DNA from: Gammaproteobacteria bacterium
GTDB taxonomy: Bacteria > Pseudomonadota > Gammaproteobacteria > QNFE01
Assembly: GCA_003645455.1 (NCBI GenBank)
Contig: QNFE01000001.1
Coordinates: 10,359-74,358, forward strand
Length of the DNA stretch: 64,000 bases
Reading direction: 5' to 3'
This document shows positions 1-10,745 of the stretch, one piece after another. Each line of letters opens with the position of its first letter. Within the stretch, counting starts at the first letter, position 1. The notes beneath the pieces were generated by a model. The model was not told the DNA's origin. It made no database searches and saw only the letters and a list, made by a program, of their open reading frames with translations. Both the position numbers and the translations under genes were made by a program.

Positions 1-132
1 ACTGTATCTTGTAATAGAGGATAATTACTATGTTTTAAATTTCCTTGAATCTTAATAGTATCTATCGGCATCCTAGATCCCCAATAGAAACCTAACAATA
101 TGCTCGATAGAATTAGCCCTAAAACAAGATAT

Positions 133-1065
133 CTAATCATGATGTAAAGTCTGTTTTATTATTTTATACACTAATCTGTTAAAATCTATACCAGCATGAT
201 AAGCTGCCATAGGAACCAATGAATGCTCTGTCATCCCAGGTATAGTGTTCATTTCAATAAAATAAGAATGGTTGTTTTTGTCAATAATAAAATCAGCCCT
301 TCCCCAATGGCGAGCACCAATTGCTTTGAATATTTTAATGGCCTGGTTTTGCACTTGTTTTTCTATATTCTGATCTAAACCACAAGGGCACATATATTCT
401 GTCTCATCTGATTCGTATTTTGCCTCGTAATCATAAAATTCATTCTTTGCTTTTAGCTTTATAACTGGTAGTGCCGTATCATCTAAAATGGCAGCAGTGT
501 ATTCAGACCCTTTGACAAACTTCTCTGCCATAACCTGGTTTGTGTATTTTAATGCTTTGATGTAAGCATCTACCATTTGATTTTTTTCTTTTACAATGCT
601 GATGCCTATGCTGGATCCCTCTGATATGGGTTTTATAACCAATGGTAGGGATAGTTTTTCCACAATCATTAGGCTGTGTTTTTCGTTTTTAATCAACATG
701 GATTCAGGAGTAAGACAACCTATGCTTGTAGCTATAAGCTTTGTTCTGTATTTGTCCATCGCAATAGCAGAGGCTGCCATTTTTGCACCAGTAAATGGAA
801 TATCATTCCACTCTAATAAAGCTTGAATTATACCATCTTCACCATATTTTCCATGTAACATGTTAAAAACTCGATCAAATTTTTTGGTTGTTATGATTTC
901 AGGAATGTTATAACCCACATCAATTTTTTCTACATCTAATTTTAAGCTTTTTAATGCTTGATATACTGCATTGCCACTTTGCAGCGAAACCTTTCTTTCA
1001 GAGGATAATCCTCCATAAAAAACGGCTATTTTACCCAAATCTTTTATTTGTTTTTCACTTAACAT
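133..1065 (-). CDS. ddl: D-alanine--D-alanine ligase
   Basis: Has the ATP-grasp Ddl signature (KIAVFYGG...SSER...) and the right length. I took the start as the internal ATG at 1065, which is preceded by AGGGA. The longer ORF start at 1095 has no Shine-Dalgarno sequence and would overlap murB. This is the last gene of the dcw cluster in the window. Confidence 0.85.
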   Translation of the reverse strand: MLSEKQIKDLGKIAVFYGGLSSERKVSLQSGNAVYQALKSLKLDVEKIDVGYNIPEIITTKKFDRVFNMLHGKYGEDGIIQALLEWNDIPFTGAKMAASAIAMDKYRTKLIATSIGCLTPESMLIKNEKHSLMIVEKLSLPLVIKPISEGSSIGISIVKEKNQMVDAYIKALKYTNQVMAEKFVKGSEYTAAILDDTALPVIKLKAKNEFYDYEAKYESDETEYMCPCGLDQNIEKQVQNQAIKIFKAIGARHWGRADFIIDKNNHSYFIEMNTIPGMTEHSLVPMAAYHAGIDFNRLVYKIIKQTLHHD

Positions 1066-1078
1066 ATATTTATCCCTG

Positions 1079-1948
1079 TTAGCATTTTTTGCCAATAATT
1101 TTCACTTCTAATTCTAATTTAATTTTAAATTTACTATAAACTTGCTCTCTCATAAGAGATATTAAGTTTTCAACATCCTGTGCTTTGGCATTGTTTTTGT
1201 TGATGATAAAATTTGCATGTTTGTCTGAGATGCAAGCCCCACCTATACTGACACCTTTCATATTGCATTCATCTAATAATTTGGCAGCAAAATTATTTGG
1301 TGGATTTTTAAAAACACTGCCACAGGATAAAGATCCGATCGGTTGATTTTTTTTACGAATCTCTAACAACTCTTTAATTTTTATTTTTTGCTCTTTTTCA
1401 AGGATAAATTCTGCTCCGAGAAACCATTCTTGTTGTTTGAGCTTAACATTACGATAAGAGACATCAAAATCATCTTTATTTGCCCATCTTGTTTGCCCCA
1501 AATCATTTATCATTTTTAATTTTTTAACGAGCTGCCAAATTTCACAACCAAAACTGCCGGCATTCATAGCCAAAGCTCCACCTATTGAGCCTGGAATTCC
1601 CATTAAAAACTCTGCACCGTATAAATTTTTACTACTGGCAAAACGAGCAAATTTGGCACAATTTATCAGAGCATCTGCATAGATTGTGTGGTGATTTATA
1701 AGCTTTATTTCTCCTTTGTTTTTCAAAGCAATAACAACATCATCCAAGCCACCATCACGCACTAATAAATTTGATCCTTGCCCGATAACAGTTATATTTT
1801 TTTCACCATTTAATTTTTTTAAAAAAGATTTTAATTCTTGATTGTTTTCAGGTTGAAAAAAATACTCCGCAGGGCCTCCAATTCTCCAAGATGTGTGCCT
1901 GCAAAGAGGTTCTGATTTTTTTAATCCCTTGTAGTTTAAAATATTCAT
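1079..1948 (-). CDS. murB: UDP-N-acetylenolpyruvoylglucosamine reductase
   Basis: FAD-binding MurB-like sequence (HTSWRIGGPAEYF...GSNLLV...). Its start ATG at 1948-1946 overlaps the murC stop as ATGA. It lies between murC and ddl. Confidence 0.85.
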   Translation of the reverse strand: MNILNYKGLKKSEPLCRHTSWRIGGPAEYFFQPENNQELKSFLKKLNGEKNITVIGQGSNLLVRDGGLDDVVIALKNKGEIKLINHHTIYADALINCAKFARFASSKNLYGAEFLMGIPGSIGGALAMNAGSFGCEIWQLVKKLKMINDLGQTRWANKDDFDVSYRNVKLKQQEWFLGAEFILEKEQKIKIKELLEIRKKNQPIGSLSCGSVFKNPPNNFAAKLLDECNMKGVSIGGACISDKHANFIINKNNAKAQDVENLISLMREQVYSKFKIKLELEVKIIGKKC

Positions 1949-3363
1949 AGGTTTACCATTTTTTGCACCTGTACCGATATATCTCCTGCACCTATACACA
2001 ATACAACATCTTGATCTTGACATATTTTGGCAAGATTATCTCTCATGTTGCTTATATCGTCAATAAAAATAGGGTTAGTTATCCCACGAGCACGAATATT
2101 TTGACAAAGATGTCTGCCATCTGCTTGCTCTATTTTTTTCTCAGAGGCTGCATACACCTCTGATATCAATAAAATATCTACTGTTGACAAAACACTACTA
2201 AAATCATCTAATAATTCTTGTGTTCTACTATATCTATGAGGTTGAAAAACCACGACTAATCTTTTGTCAGCATAACAATCGGTGGCAGCTTTTATCGTTG
2301 CTGCTATTTCTGTGGGATGATGAGCATAATCATTGATAAGGGTAATTTTTTTATCTGGCAGTTTTACATTTCCATAGACATCAAAGCGACGATTGATGCC
2401 ATTGAAGTTACCTATGGCATTTTTAATCGTTTTTTTATCTATTTCTAATAAATCTGCCAAAGCTATGGCAGCTGTTGCATTTTGCACATTATGTTCCCCT
2501 GGCATAGGCAATTTTATGCTGCGCATAAATATCTTGTTATTTTTTTGTAAGTCAAAATAACTGCAATGATTTTTATAGCGTAAGTTTGTTATCTTATAAT
2601 CTGCATCATCGGCAAAACCATAGGTTAAAATAGGTTTTGTAATCTGGGAGATTAAATTTTTAACCACTGTATTATCAATGCATAGAATTACTGTTCCATA
2701 AAACGGCACTTGGTGTAAAAACTTGACGAATGTTTGCTTTAATTTTTCAAAACTACCACCATATGTTGACAGATGATCGGCATCAATATTAGTGACTATT
2801 GCTATCATAGGATGCAGATATAAAAATGATGCATCGGATTCATCTGCCTCGGCAATTAAATACGCACCTCGTCCTAATTTTGCATTTGAGCCTGTGTTAT
2901 TCAAAACTCCTCCTATAACATAGGTAGGATCTAAATCTGTATGATTTAAAATCTGGGCGATAAGGCTCGTTGTTGTTGTTTTGCCGTGTGTTCCTGATAC
3001 TGCAACCCCTAATGAAAACCTCATAAGCTCTGCTAACATTTGTGCTCGTGGAATTATAGGTATTTTTAATTTTTTAGCAGATATAATTTCTGGGTTTTTA
3101 TTTGTTATGGCAGATGATATCACAACAACATCAGCGGACTTTATGTTTTCTCCGCGATGTTTGTTATAAATAATCGCACCATTATTTTTAAGTTTTTCAA
3201 TGGTTTTATTGCCTTGAATATCGCTACCATAGATTTTAAATCCTAAATTTAATAAAACCTGGGCTATGCCGCTCATTCCTATGCCACCTATACCGACAAA
3301 ATAGATTGACTTCACATTAAAAGACGGCATTTTATTGATATAAAATCTATTATTGCTAATCAT
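1945..3363 (-). CDS. murC: UDP-N-acetylmuramate--L-alanine ligase
   Basis: Mur ligase motifs are present (FVGIGGIGMSG, GTHGKTTTT). It is 472 aa and sits in the dcw gene order. Confidence 0.9.
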   Translation of the reverse strand: MISNNRFYINKMPSFNVKSIYFVGIGGIGMSGIAQVLLNLGFKIYGSDIQGNKTIEKLKNNGAIIYNKHRGENIKSADVVVISSAITNKNPEIISAKKLKIPIIPRAQMLAELMRFSLGVAVSGTHGKTTTTSLIAQILNHTDLDPTYVIGGVLNNTGSNAKLGRGAYLIAEADESDASFLYLHPMIAIVTNIDADHLSTYGGSFEKLKQTFVKFLHQVPFYGTVILCIDNTVVKNLISQITKPILTYGFADDADYKITNLRYKNHCSYFDLQKNNKIFMRSIKLPMPGEHNVQNATAAIALADLLEIDKKTIKNAIGNFNGINRRFDVYGNVKLPDKKITLINDYAHHPTEIAATIKAATDCYADKRLVVVFQPHRYSRTQELLDDFSSVLSTVDILLISEVYAASEKKIEQADGRHLCQNIRARGITNPIFIDDISNMRDNLAKICQDQDVVLCIGAGDISVQVQKMVNL

Positions 3364-4439
3364 TTTAACATCTGCTCTACTATTTTATCTGTTGATGAAA
3401 AGCAAGCCATTGTATGAGCTTGGGTAGCTATCTTTAACATATTTTTCCTGTCATCAAAGAGTTTGTTTAAAATATCAATAAGATTTTCGCTATTTAATTG
3501 TGGTTGAGGCAACAAAATAGCAGCTTTTTTATTTGATAGGTATTTTGCATTATAGGTTTGGTGGTCATCTACCGCCGTAGGTAGTGGTATAAAAATAGCA
3601 ACACATCCTGCTGCTGCACACTCGGCAACACTGCCTGCCCCTGCACGACAGATAACAATGTCCGCCCAGTCTAATTGTTTGTCCATATCTGTGATAAATG
3701 GCAATATCTCAATTCTGCTGTTGTCTTGGTATTCCTGTAATACTTCTTGATATAAGTTTTCTCCTGTTTGATGTTTGATATTAAATTTATCTGTAATATC
3801 ATGGTTTTTGTTTACTAAGTTGCATAGGTTCTGATTTAAAATACGTGCCCCAAGACTTCCTCCGAACAGCAGTAAATTTAATTTTTTTGCTTGATTCAAA
3901 ATAGGTTTTTTATCTTTGAATCTTTTGACGATACTATCTCTTAAAGGGTTCCCTGTGAATATTGCTTTTTTGTTTTTAAAAGTATTGCGATAGGACTCAA
4001 AAATTACATTGGCTAACAACGATAAGCCTTTATTAGTCATTCCTGCTATGGCATTTTGCTCGTGAATATATAGTTTTTTAAAGCATAATTTTGCTGCTAT
4101 TCCACCAGGTGCTGAGACAAAACCACCCATTGCCAATACTATATTGGGTCGGTGTTTAATAATTAATTTTACGGCTTGAATAACTGCTATTTGTAACATA
4201 AATGGAGCTAATAATTTTGCTATTATTCCTTTTCGACGAATTCCTGATATATTTAAAAAATTGATTTTAAAACCATGTTGAGGAACTATTTTTGCTTCCA
4301 TTTTGTTGGTAGCCCCTACCCATTGAATCGAGCAGTTTTGTTTTTTTAAGCAGCTCGCAATTGCTATGGCAGGATAGATGTGTCCTCCGGTTCCACCTGC
4401 AAAAATCATTATTTTTTTAGAACTATTATTTGTATTCAT
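3360..4439 (-). CDS. murG: UDP-N-acetylglucosamine--N-acetylmuramyl-(pentapeptide) pyrophosphoryl-undecaprenol N-acetylglucosamine transferase
   Basis: Glycosyltransferase family 28 signature (IFAGGTGGHIYPAIAIA). It sits between ftsW and murC. Confidence 0.9.
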   Translation of the reverse strand: MNTNNSSKKIMIFAGGTGGHIYPAIAIASCLKKQNCSIQWVGATNKMEAKIVPQHGFKINFLNISGIRRKGIIAKLLAPFMLQIAVIQAVKLIIKHRPNIVLAMGGFVSAPGGIAAKLCFKKLYIHEQNAIAGMTNKGLSLLANVIFESYRNTFKNKKAIFTGNPLRDSIVKRFKDKKPILNQAKKLNLLLFGGSLGARILNQNLCNLVNKNHDITDKFNIKHQTGENLYQEVLQEYQDNSRIEILPFITDMDKQLDWADIVICRAGAGSVAECAAAGCVAIFIPLPTAVDDHQTYNAKYLSNKKAAILLPQPQLNSENLIDILNKLFDDRKNMLKIATQAHTMACFSSTDKIVEQMLK

Positions 4440-5658
4440 TTTTTAATACCGAAGCCGTGTTTTTATTGTAGTCCATAAATATCCGATCTATTTTGTGATT
4501 ACTATCAATGATTTTTTTGTCTTTATTTTTCTCTTTTGCTTTTGCATCCGTGACACTGTATTTTTTGGTCTCGTATGATATTCTGAACATAAATGCCAAA
4601 GCGGTTACCATAACCAAAATACTTGAACCACCATAACTTACCAAAGGCAATGTAAGTCCTGTGGTAGGTAGAATTCCTAAATTTACTCCCATATGAATGA
4701 TTACCTGTAAGGCAAACCAAAAACTTATGCCATAACCCAAATAAGCATTAAATTTAAGATTACAGCTTTGTGCTTCTAATGATATTTGCATCATTCTGTA
4801 AATCAACATAGAAAAGATTCCCACCAATAATACAATTCCAATAAAGCCAAACTCTTCACTAAAAACGGCAAATATAAAATCATTATATGCCTCTGGTAGA
4901 TATAATAATTTTTGCACACCATTACCCAGACCTGCTCCAAACCACTTACCTGACCCTATGGCGATTAAAGACTGAGTGAGTTGATAACCTGCTCCATAGG
5001 TGTCTTGCCATGGATCCACAAAGCTCATTAAACGAGCCTTTCTATATGCCGAAGTCACAGTTAATAAATATATTCCTACACCATTTACGATGAATAATGT
5101 TAAAAAATAATGAAACTTTGCTCTGGCCATAAATGCCATTCCCATTGCTGTTACCATCACAACAATTGTTGTCCCCAGATCTTTGGCCAATAGAATTAAC
5201 ACACATACAAAACCGATTAAAATAAAAGGTTTTATAAAACCTAAAAATGAGTTTGCAACTTTTTTCTCGTGATAGGTAAGATAACCTGCAAAATAAATAA
5301 AAACCAATAACTTTGCTAACTCTGATACTTGCAAACCCATGCCACCGAGATATATCCATCTTGTGCTACCATTTATTGTTTTGCCAATTCCTGGGATAAA
5401 AACTGCGACCAACAATAAAAGAGCAAAAAATAAAAATAAAACTCTTGTTTCTTGCCAAAACTTAACTGGAATTTGAGTTACTATGTATGCCAGTAACAAA
5501 CCAATCAATACAATGAACGTTTGTTTTTGAGCAAAATAATGGGCACTTAAATTGCTATTTTTGGCAAAAGATGCCGATGCTGAGAATACCATAACCAAAC
5601 CAAATAAAATTATGGCAGCCGAGATATAGAATAATTTTTTGTCGATAATTATTTTCAT
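4426..5658 (-). CDS. ftsW: Cell division peptidoglycan polymerase FtsW (SEDS family)
   Basis: Multi-transmembrane SEDS protein of 410 aa, at the FtsW position in the dcw order between murD and murG. Confidence 0.85.
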   Translation of the reverse strand: MKIIIDKKLFYISAAIILFGLVMVFSASASFAKNSNLSAHYFAQKQTFIVLIGLLLAYIVTQIPVKFWQETRVLFLFFALLLLVAVFIPGIGKTINGSTRWIYLGGMGLQVSELAKLLVFIYFAGYLTYHEKKVANSFLGFIKPFILIGFVCVLILLAKDLGTTIVVMVTAMGMAFMARAKFHYFLTLFIVNGVGIYLLTVTSAYRKARLMSFVDPWQDTYGAGYQLTQSLIAIGSGKWFGAGLGNGVQKLLYLPEAYNDFIFAVFSEEFGFIGIVLLVGIFSMLIYRMMQISLEAQSCNLKFNAYLGYGISFWFALQVIIHMGVNLGILPTTGLTLPLVSYGGSSILVMVTALAFMFRISYETKKYSVTDAKAKEKNKDKKIIDSNHKIDRIFMDYNKNTASVLKNEYK

Positions 5659-6923
5659 AAATCAAGAATATCTTTGCTCAGACGATTAAATTCATATCCT
5701 CTTTGTTGATAGTTTTTAAACATATCAAAGCTTGCACTCGCAGGTGAAAACAAAACATTGTGATATCCGCCACATTCATCTTGGGCGATAATAATTGCCT
5801 CTTTTAGGTTTTTTGCAAAAAATAATTGGACTCCGGTGGTAACCTGTGCTATTTGTTGTGCCGTTTGTCCGATTAAAATTAAACTTTTGCATTTTTCTTT
5901 AATAATGCTTTTAAGAGACAAAAAATCCTCATCTTTTTTTGATCCTCCTGCGATAAGAACTATTTTTTCCGGTTGTGATTCTAAGGCTGCAAATGTTGCC
6001 GATGAGTTAGTAGCTTTTGAATCATTGAACCATTTGCTGTTTTTATAACTACCTATAAATTGCATTCTATAATTTAGAGCTTTAAAAGTTAAAAAATGCT
6101 CATTACAAACCTTAGTATCAAAATTTAACACATCTAATATTGCCAAAGTTGCTAACTGATTTATTTGTTCGATTTTGTTGTAAGATTTGGCGTTAATTAT
6201 TTTGTCGTTAATGTTAAATTTTTGTCCTTGAATATTGTATTTTTCATCATCTGTGCCAAATTTATTTGATTCTTTTATGTTGCTATTTTTGATATTAGAG
6301 TTTATTATTTTGTGTTCTGATTCTTTGAATATACTAAGCTTTGATTTTTTGTAATCAGTAAAATTTTCATACCTATCAAGGTGATCCTTCTCAATATTTA
6401 AAACTACGGCTATTTTTTTATTAAAACTGCTATTTAAGTCTAATTGAAAACTTGATATTTCCAAAATATAATAATCATAATGATTTTTTTTCTGCAACAA
6501 ATCCAATACAGGTAAACCAATATTGCCACAGGCGATAGCTTTTTTACCCATTTTGTTAATAATATGCTCAATCATTTTTACAACTGTGCTTTTGCCATTT
6601 GTGCCTGTTATTGCTATGATATTTTTTGTTATTACTTGGCAAAATAGACTGATGTCATTATATATTTTATTTTGATATTTTTTAAAAAGATTTTGTTCTA
6701 TAAAAACTCCTGGGCTTATAAATAAAACATCATATTTTGATAACAATTTATCGCTAATTATCTCATCTAACAAAATATTTGTAAATTTATTTTTCAAAGC
6801 TTTGGTAGGCTTATTGTCAAGCACAAAAAAAGTTATATTTTTATTTTCCAAATAGTTTGCGATGGATTCTCCTGTGATTCCCATCCCAATTATTAAAATT
6901 TTTTTATTTTTTAAATTTATCAT
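5655..6923 (-). CDS. murD: UDP-N-acetylmuramoylalanine--D-glutamate ligase
   Basis: Mur ligase motif (GTNGKST) and an N-terminal Rossmann segment ([12 protein letters not shown]). I took the start as the internal ATG that overlaps the mraY stop as ATGA; the longer ORF runs to 7007. Confidence 0.85.
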   Translation of the reverse strand: MINLKNKKILIIGMGITGESIANYLENKNITFFVLDNKPTKALKNKFTNILLDEIISDKLLSKYDVLFISPGVFIEQNLFKKYQNKIYNDISLFCQVITKNIIAITGTNGKSTVVKMIEHIINKMGKKAIACGNIGLPVLDLLQKKNHYDYYILEISSFQLDLNSSFNKKIAVVLNIEKDHLDRYENFTDYKKSKLSIFKESEHKIINSNIKNSNIKESNKFGTDDEKYNIQGQKFNINDKIINAKSYNKIEQINQLATLAILDVLNFDTKVCNEHFLTFKALNYRMQFIGSYKNSKWFNDSKATNSSATFAALESQPEKIVLIAGGSKKDEDFLSLKSIIKEKCKSLILIGQTAQQIAQVTTGVQLFFAKNLKEAIIIAQDECGGYHNVLFSPASASFDMFKNYQQRGYEFNRLSKDILDL

Positions 6924-8002
6924 CTTATTTTTAAGGATGATAGTCCCACTAAAACCAAAATGATTGAAACTATCCAAAAACGCACTATAATTCGAGGCTC
7001 CATCCATCCCATCATTTCAAAGTGATGATGCAGCGGTGCCATTTTAAATACTCTTTTCCCTCTTGTTTTGAATGACACCACTTGAATAATAACACTTATT
7101 GTCTCAGCCACAAAAACACCTGCCATAATAAATAAAACTATCTCTTGGCGAATTATAACTGCTACAATTCCCATTGAGGCTCCAATTGATAATGAGCCAA
7201 CATCACCCATAAAAACTTCGGCAGGATAGGCATTAAACCACAAAAAACCAAGACCTGCTCCCACCATAGTTCCACAAAAAATAGCAAGTTCTCCTGTGCC
7301 TGAAATATGTGGAATTCCCAAATAATTTGAAAAATAAAAATGCCCTGTGACATAGGCGAAAATACCCAGTGCACCGCCTATCATAACAGAGGGCATAATC
7401 GCTAAACCATCCAGACCGTCGGTAAGGTTTACGGCATTTGATGAGCCCACAATTACCACGAATGCTAAGGGTATAAATAAAAATTCCATTTGCCACTGAA
7501 AATCTTTTACATAGGGTAAAATTAGAGTTGTTGTAATATCCTTATCCACGAATAAATAAAGATAGAACACAGCAACAAGAGTTAAAATAGATTGTAAGCT
7601 AAATTTTACACCAGCACTTAGCCCTTTTGAGTTACCGTACTTTAATTTTTTATAATCGTCAACAAAGCCTATCATGCCAAAAGATAGGGTTACAAATAAT
7701 GTAATTAAAATATAAACATTAGTTATATCTGCCCACAGTAGGGTAGATACACTCATAGATAACAATAACATTATGCCTCCCATAGTTGGTGTTCCTGTTT
7801 TTTTCAGATGGCTTTGGGGGCCGTCATCACGAATGCTTTGTCCTATTTTATTTATTTTTAAATATTTTATTAAAAATGGTGCCATAATAAATGATAATAT
7901 TAAAGCAGTTAAAACTCCTAACACGGCTCGCAGAGTAAGATATTGAAAAACATCAAAACCGCTATGGTATTGCGATAAATATTCTGTAAGGTAAATCAGC
8001 AT
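6920..8002 (-). CDS. mraY: Phospho-N-acetylmuramoyl-pentapeptide transferase
   Basis: Ten-transmembrane MraY/WecA family protein of 360 aa, conserved in the dcw position. Confidence 0.9.
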   Translation of the reverse strand: MLIYLTEYLSQYHSGFDVFQYLTLRAVLGVLTALILSFIMAPFLIKYLKINKIGQSIRDDGPQSHLKKTGTPTMGGIMLLLSMSVSTLLWADITNVYILITLFVTLSFGMIGFVDDYKKLKYGNSKGLSAGVKFSLQSILTLVAVFYLYLFVDKDITTTLILPYVKDFQWQMEFLFIPLAFVVIVGSSNAVNLTDGLDGLAIMPSVMIGGALGIFAYVTGHFYFSNYLGIPHISGTGELAIFCGTMVGAGLGFLWFNAYPAEVFMGDVGSLSIGASMGIVAVIIRQEIVLFIMAGVFVAETISVIIQVVSFKTRGKRVFKMAPLHHHFEMMGWMEPRIIVRFWIVSIILVLVGLSSLKIR

Positions 8003-9303
8003 AACAGGCTCTCTACATATTGCTCCATTTTTGCCGACCTTGAACCTTTTACTAACAAAACCACATCAGCTCCTGAATTTTTATTTATATCAGCCACAAC
8101 ATTATCCATATAACAATTTTCTCCAAAAGATTCTCTTATGATAGCGGCATATTGACCGACCACAAATATTTTATCCACTTTTTTTTCTTTGGCATACAAT
8201 CCTATTTCTTGGTGTAAGACAGCAGAATGCTCACCTAACTCTGCCATATGTCCCATTAAAAACCATTTTTGTTGTTGTTTTTGAGTCATTAGATAATCAA
8301 TAGCAGATTTTATTGATTCTGGATTTGCATTATAAGAGTCATCAATGATAACCATTTTATTTTTTGTTATTTTTTGTTCTAACCTACCTGCTACTGTGTT
8401 AAATTTTGCGATATTTTGTAAGCATGACTTTAAATCTTGCCCCAGCTCTTGTGCGATGGCTATGGCTATTGTCGCATTGATAAAATTATGTGAAGCAGGG
8501 ATTTGTAATGATAATTTATAATCTATATTTTTATGGACAAAGCCATTTTTTATAATTTTAAAATTATCATTGTTGTTTGTCCCACAGGTTATGATTTTTT
8601 TATTTTTTATTTGCTCTAATAAAATATCATAATGCATACTATCTGAGTTTAAGATTATAGACCCATCTTTTTTTAAGCCATAAACAATCTCAGATTTTGC
8701 CACAGCAATGTTTTGTGTTGAACCAAAGCCATCTAAGTGAGCAGGAAGTATATTTGTGATGGCGACTATATCAGGTTTTGCTATTTTTGATAATTTTTTA
8801 ATTTCTAAAAGATGGTTTGCCCCCATCTCTAAGATTGCATAATTCTCATTACCATCTGCACTTAAAATTGACAAAGGCACACCATATTCATTGTTGAGAT
8901 TTCCAGCGGTGGCAAAGGTTTTATAATTTTTTTGTAAAATTATTTTTAACATTTCTTTGACTGTTGTTTTGCCGGCACTACCTGTTATTGCTATTACTTT
9001 AAATTTGCTATTGTTGCGATGATATATTGCTAAATCTACCAAAGCTTGATAAGCATCTTTAACTAATATATAGGGTTTTTTGGTTTTTAACGGCACAGTT
9101 CCGATACAAACTGCGGCTCCATTATCATAGGCTTTTTTGATAAAATCATTACCATCAAATCTATCTCCGCTGATAGCTATAAATAAATTGCCTGCTTTTA
9201 TCGTTCTGCTATCAATGCTTATCCCATCAACATCAACAGAGTCATTGATAAAATCTCCATTGATGATTTTTGCTATTTCTTTGCTGTTTATTTTAATTGG
9301 CAT
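7996..9303 (-). CDS. murF: UDP-N-acetylmuramoyl-tripeptide--D-alanyl-D-alanine ligase
   Basis: Mur ligase motif (ITGSAGKTT), 435 aa, dcw position. Confidence 0.88.
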   Translation of the reverse strand: MPIKINSKEIAKIINGDFINDSVDVDGISIDSRTIKAGNLFIAISGDRFDGNDFIKKAYDNGAAVCIGTVPLKTKKPYILVKDAYQALVDLAIYHRNNSKFKVIAITGSAGKTTVKEMLKIILQKNYKTFATAGNLNNEYGVPLSILSADGNENYAILEMGANHLLEIKKLSKIAKPDIVAITNILPAHLDGFGSTQNIAVAKSEIVYGLKKDGSIILNSDSMHYDILLEQIKNKKIITCGTNNNDNFKIIKNGFVHKNIDYKLSLQIPASHNFINATIAIAIAQELGQDLKSCLQNIAKFNTVAGRLEQKITKNKMVIIDDSYNANPESIKSAIDYLMTQKQQQKWFLMGHMAELGEHSAVLHQEIGLYAKEKKVDKIFVVGQYAAIIRESFGENCYMDNVVADINKNSGADVVLLVKGSRSAKMEQYVESLLC

Positions 9304-10745
9304 AGTCTTTTTATAAGTGTTATATCATTAAATTCTATTTGATAAGTGCCATAATCTTGCATACTTTCAGCCCCTTTGCCTGCCACCAATAAAATCATAT
9401 TATTTTTTTTAACATAATCTATCGCTGTTTTTATGGCATTTGTGCGGTTATGAATTATTTTAAAGTTATCCATATTTTTAATTTTTGCTTTAATTTGACT
9501 GACAATATCTTGGGGGCTTTCATATCGTGGATTATCGTCTGTGATAATGGCAAAGTCTGCAAATTTTTCAGCAACCTGTCCCATTTTTGCTCTTTTTGTT
9601 TTGTCGCGGTCACCACCACAACCAAAAACTAAGAGTATTTTTTGATTAAAGTGTTGTTTTAGGGATAATATTGCTAATTTCAAAGCTTGTTCTGTATGAG
9701 CAAAGTCGACAAATATATTCGGACAAACCATCTGCATCCTGCCAATAATTGGTATTAATTTTGATAATTTATCCATAAATTCTATTTTTAAAGCAAGGCA
9801 GATAGCAACTGCTGCCATAATATTAGAAGCATTAAACTCGCCAAATAAATGGATATTAATTTTTTCATTAGCATATTTAAGAATTATCCCATCATGCTTA
9901 TATATAACATCTTCATCAAGAGACACTACATTGTCCCACCCGTCTAATTTAATAACACTATATGCTTTTAATTTTGGATTTTTTTTAATATCTTGTAACC
10001 AATTTTCTTTACATTTTAAATCATCATAATTATAAATTTGCCTACCTGCTCCTACTTTTTTTAACCAGTTTAATTTTATCGTATGGTATTCATCAATCGT
10101 TTTATGGAAATCTAAATGATCGGAGCCAAGATTGCTTAATAATACTTGGTTGAATGCAATAGCCTCTGTTCGGTGTTGTGCTATTGCATGAGATGTTACC
10201 TCTAAGATGGCATATTTTTTATTTTGCTTGATAAATTTATCCAATATCTTTTGAGTTAAAAAAGCATCAGGGGTTGTGCTGCCAGTTGAGATAAAACCAT
10301 CATCGGATGAAAATCCCAAGGTGCCAATTGTGCCTGTTTGTTTTTCTCCTATTATTTTTGATAATAAATTAGTTATGCTTGTTTTGCCATCTGTGCCTGT
10401 TATGCCTATGACAATTAGTTTTGAACTTGGATTATCATAAAACCTGCTGGCAATCTTTGATAGATTTTTTGATAAATTATCAATCTCTATAAAAGGCATT
10501 TTGTTTTTTTGACATATAACTTTTGCTACGGCTGATTGGGTATTTTTTTTATCCCAGATGATTACCGCAGGTTGTTTTTTAATAATTGGTTCAATTTTTT
10601 CTAATGGGTTATAAGAAGCTCCCTCTAATGCAAAAAAACCACATAATTTTTGAATTTCTCTATCATCGCAACTTATTGATGATATGTTTATGTCTGGCAT
10701 TTCATCAGTTGATATATTTTCTAATATTTTATTTATTTTTTTCAT
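9288..10745 (-). CDS. murE: UDP-N-acetylmuramoyl-L-alanyl-D-glutamate--2,6-diaminopimelate ligase
   Basis: Mur ligase motif (GITGTDGKTS), 485 aa, dcw position. Confidence 0.88.
   Translation of the reverse strand: MKKINKILENISTDEMPDINISSISCDDREIQKLCGFFALEGASYNPLEKIEPIIKKQPAVIIWDKKNTQSAVAKVICQKNKMPFIEIDNLSKNLSKIASRFYDNPSSKLIVIGITGTDGKTSITNLLSKIIGEKQTGTIGTLGFSSDDGFISTGSTTPDAFLTQKILDKFIKQNKKYAILEVTSHAIAQHRTEAIAFNQVLLSNLGSDHLDFHKTIDEYHTIKLNWLKKVGAGRQIYNYDDLKCKENWLQDIKKNPKLKAYSVIKLDGWDNVVSLDEDVIYKHDGIILKYANEKINIHLFGEFNASNIMAAVAICLALKIEFMDKLSKLIPIIGRMQMVCPNIFVDFAHTEQALKLAILSLKQHFNQKILLVFGCGGDRDKTKRAKMGQVAEKFADFAIITDDNPRYESPQDIVSQIKAKIKNMDNFKIIHNRTNAIKTAIDYVKKNNMILLVAGKGAESMQDYGTYQIEFNDITLIKRLCQLK

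Noticed and set aside
596-826. Small internal or antisense ORFs inside large conserved genes, for example 596-826, 1963-2163, 14322-14630, 17447-17917, 24197-24550, 25138-25479, 45305-45640, 49831-50156 and 62890-63156
   Set aside because: They all lie within or antisense to well-supported conserved CDSs, have biased low-complexity translations and no conserved motifs. They are typical spurious frames in AT-rich DNA.
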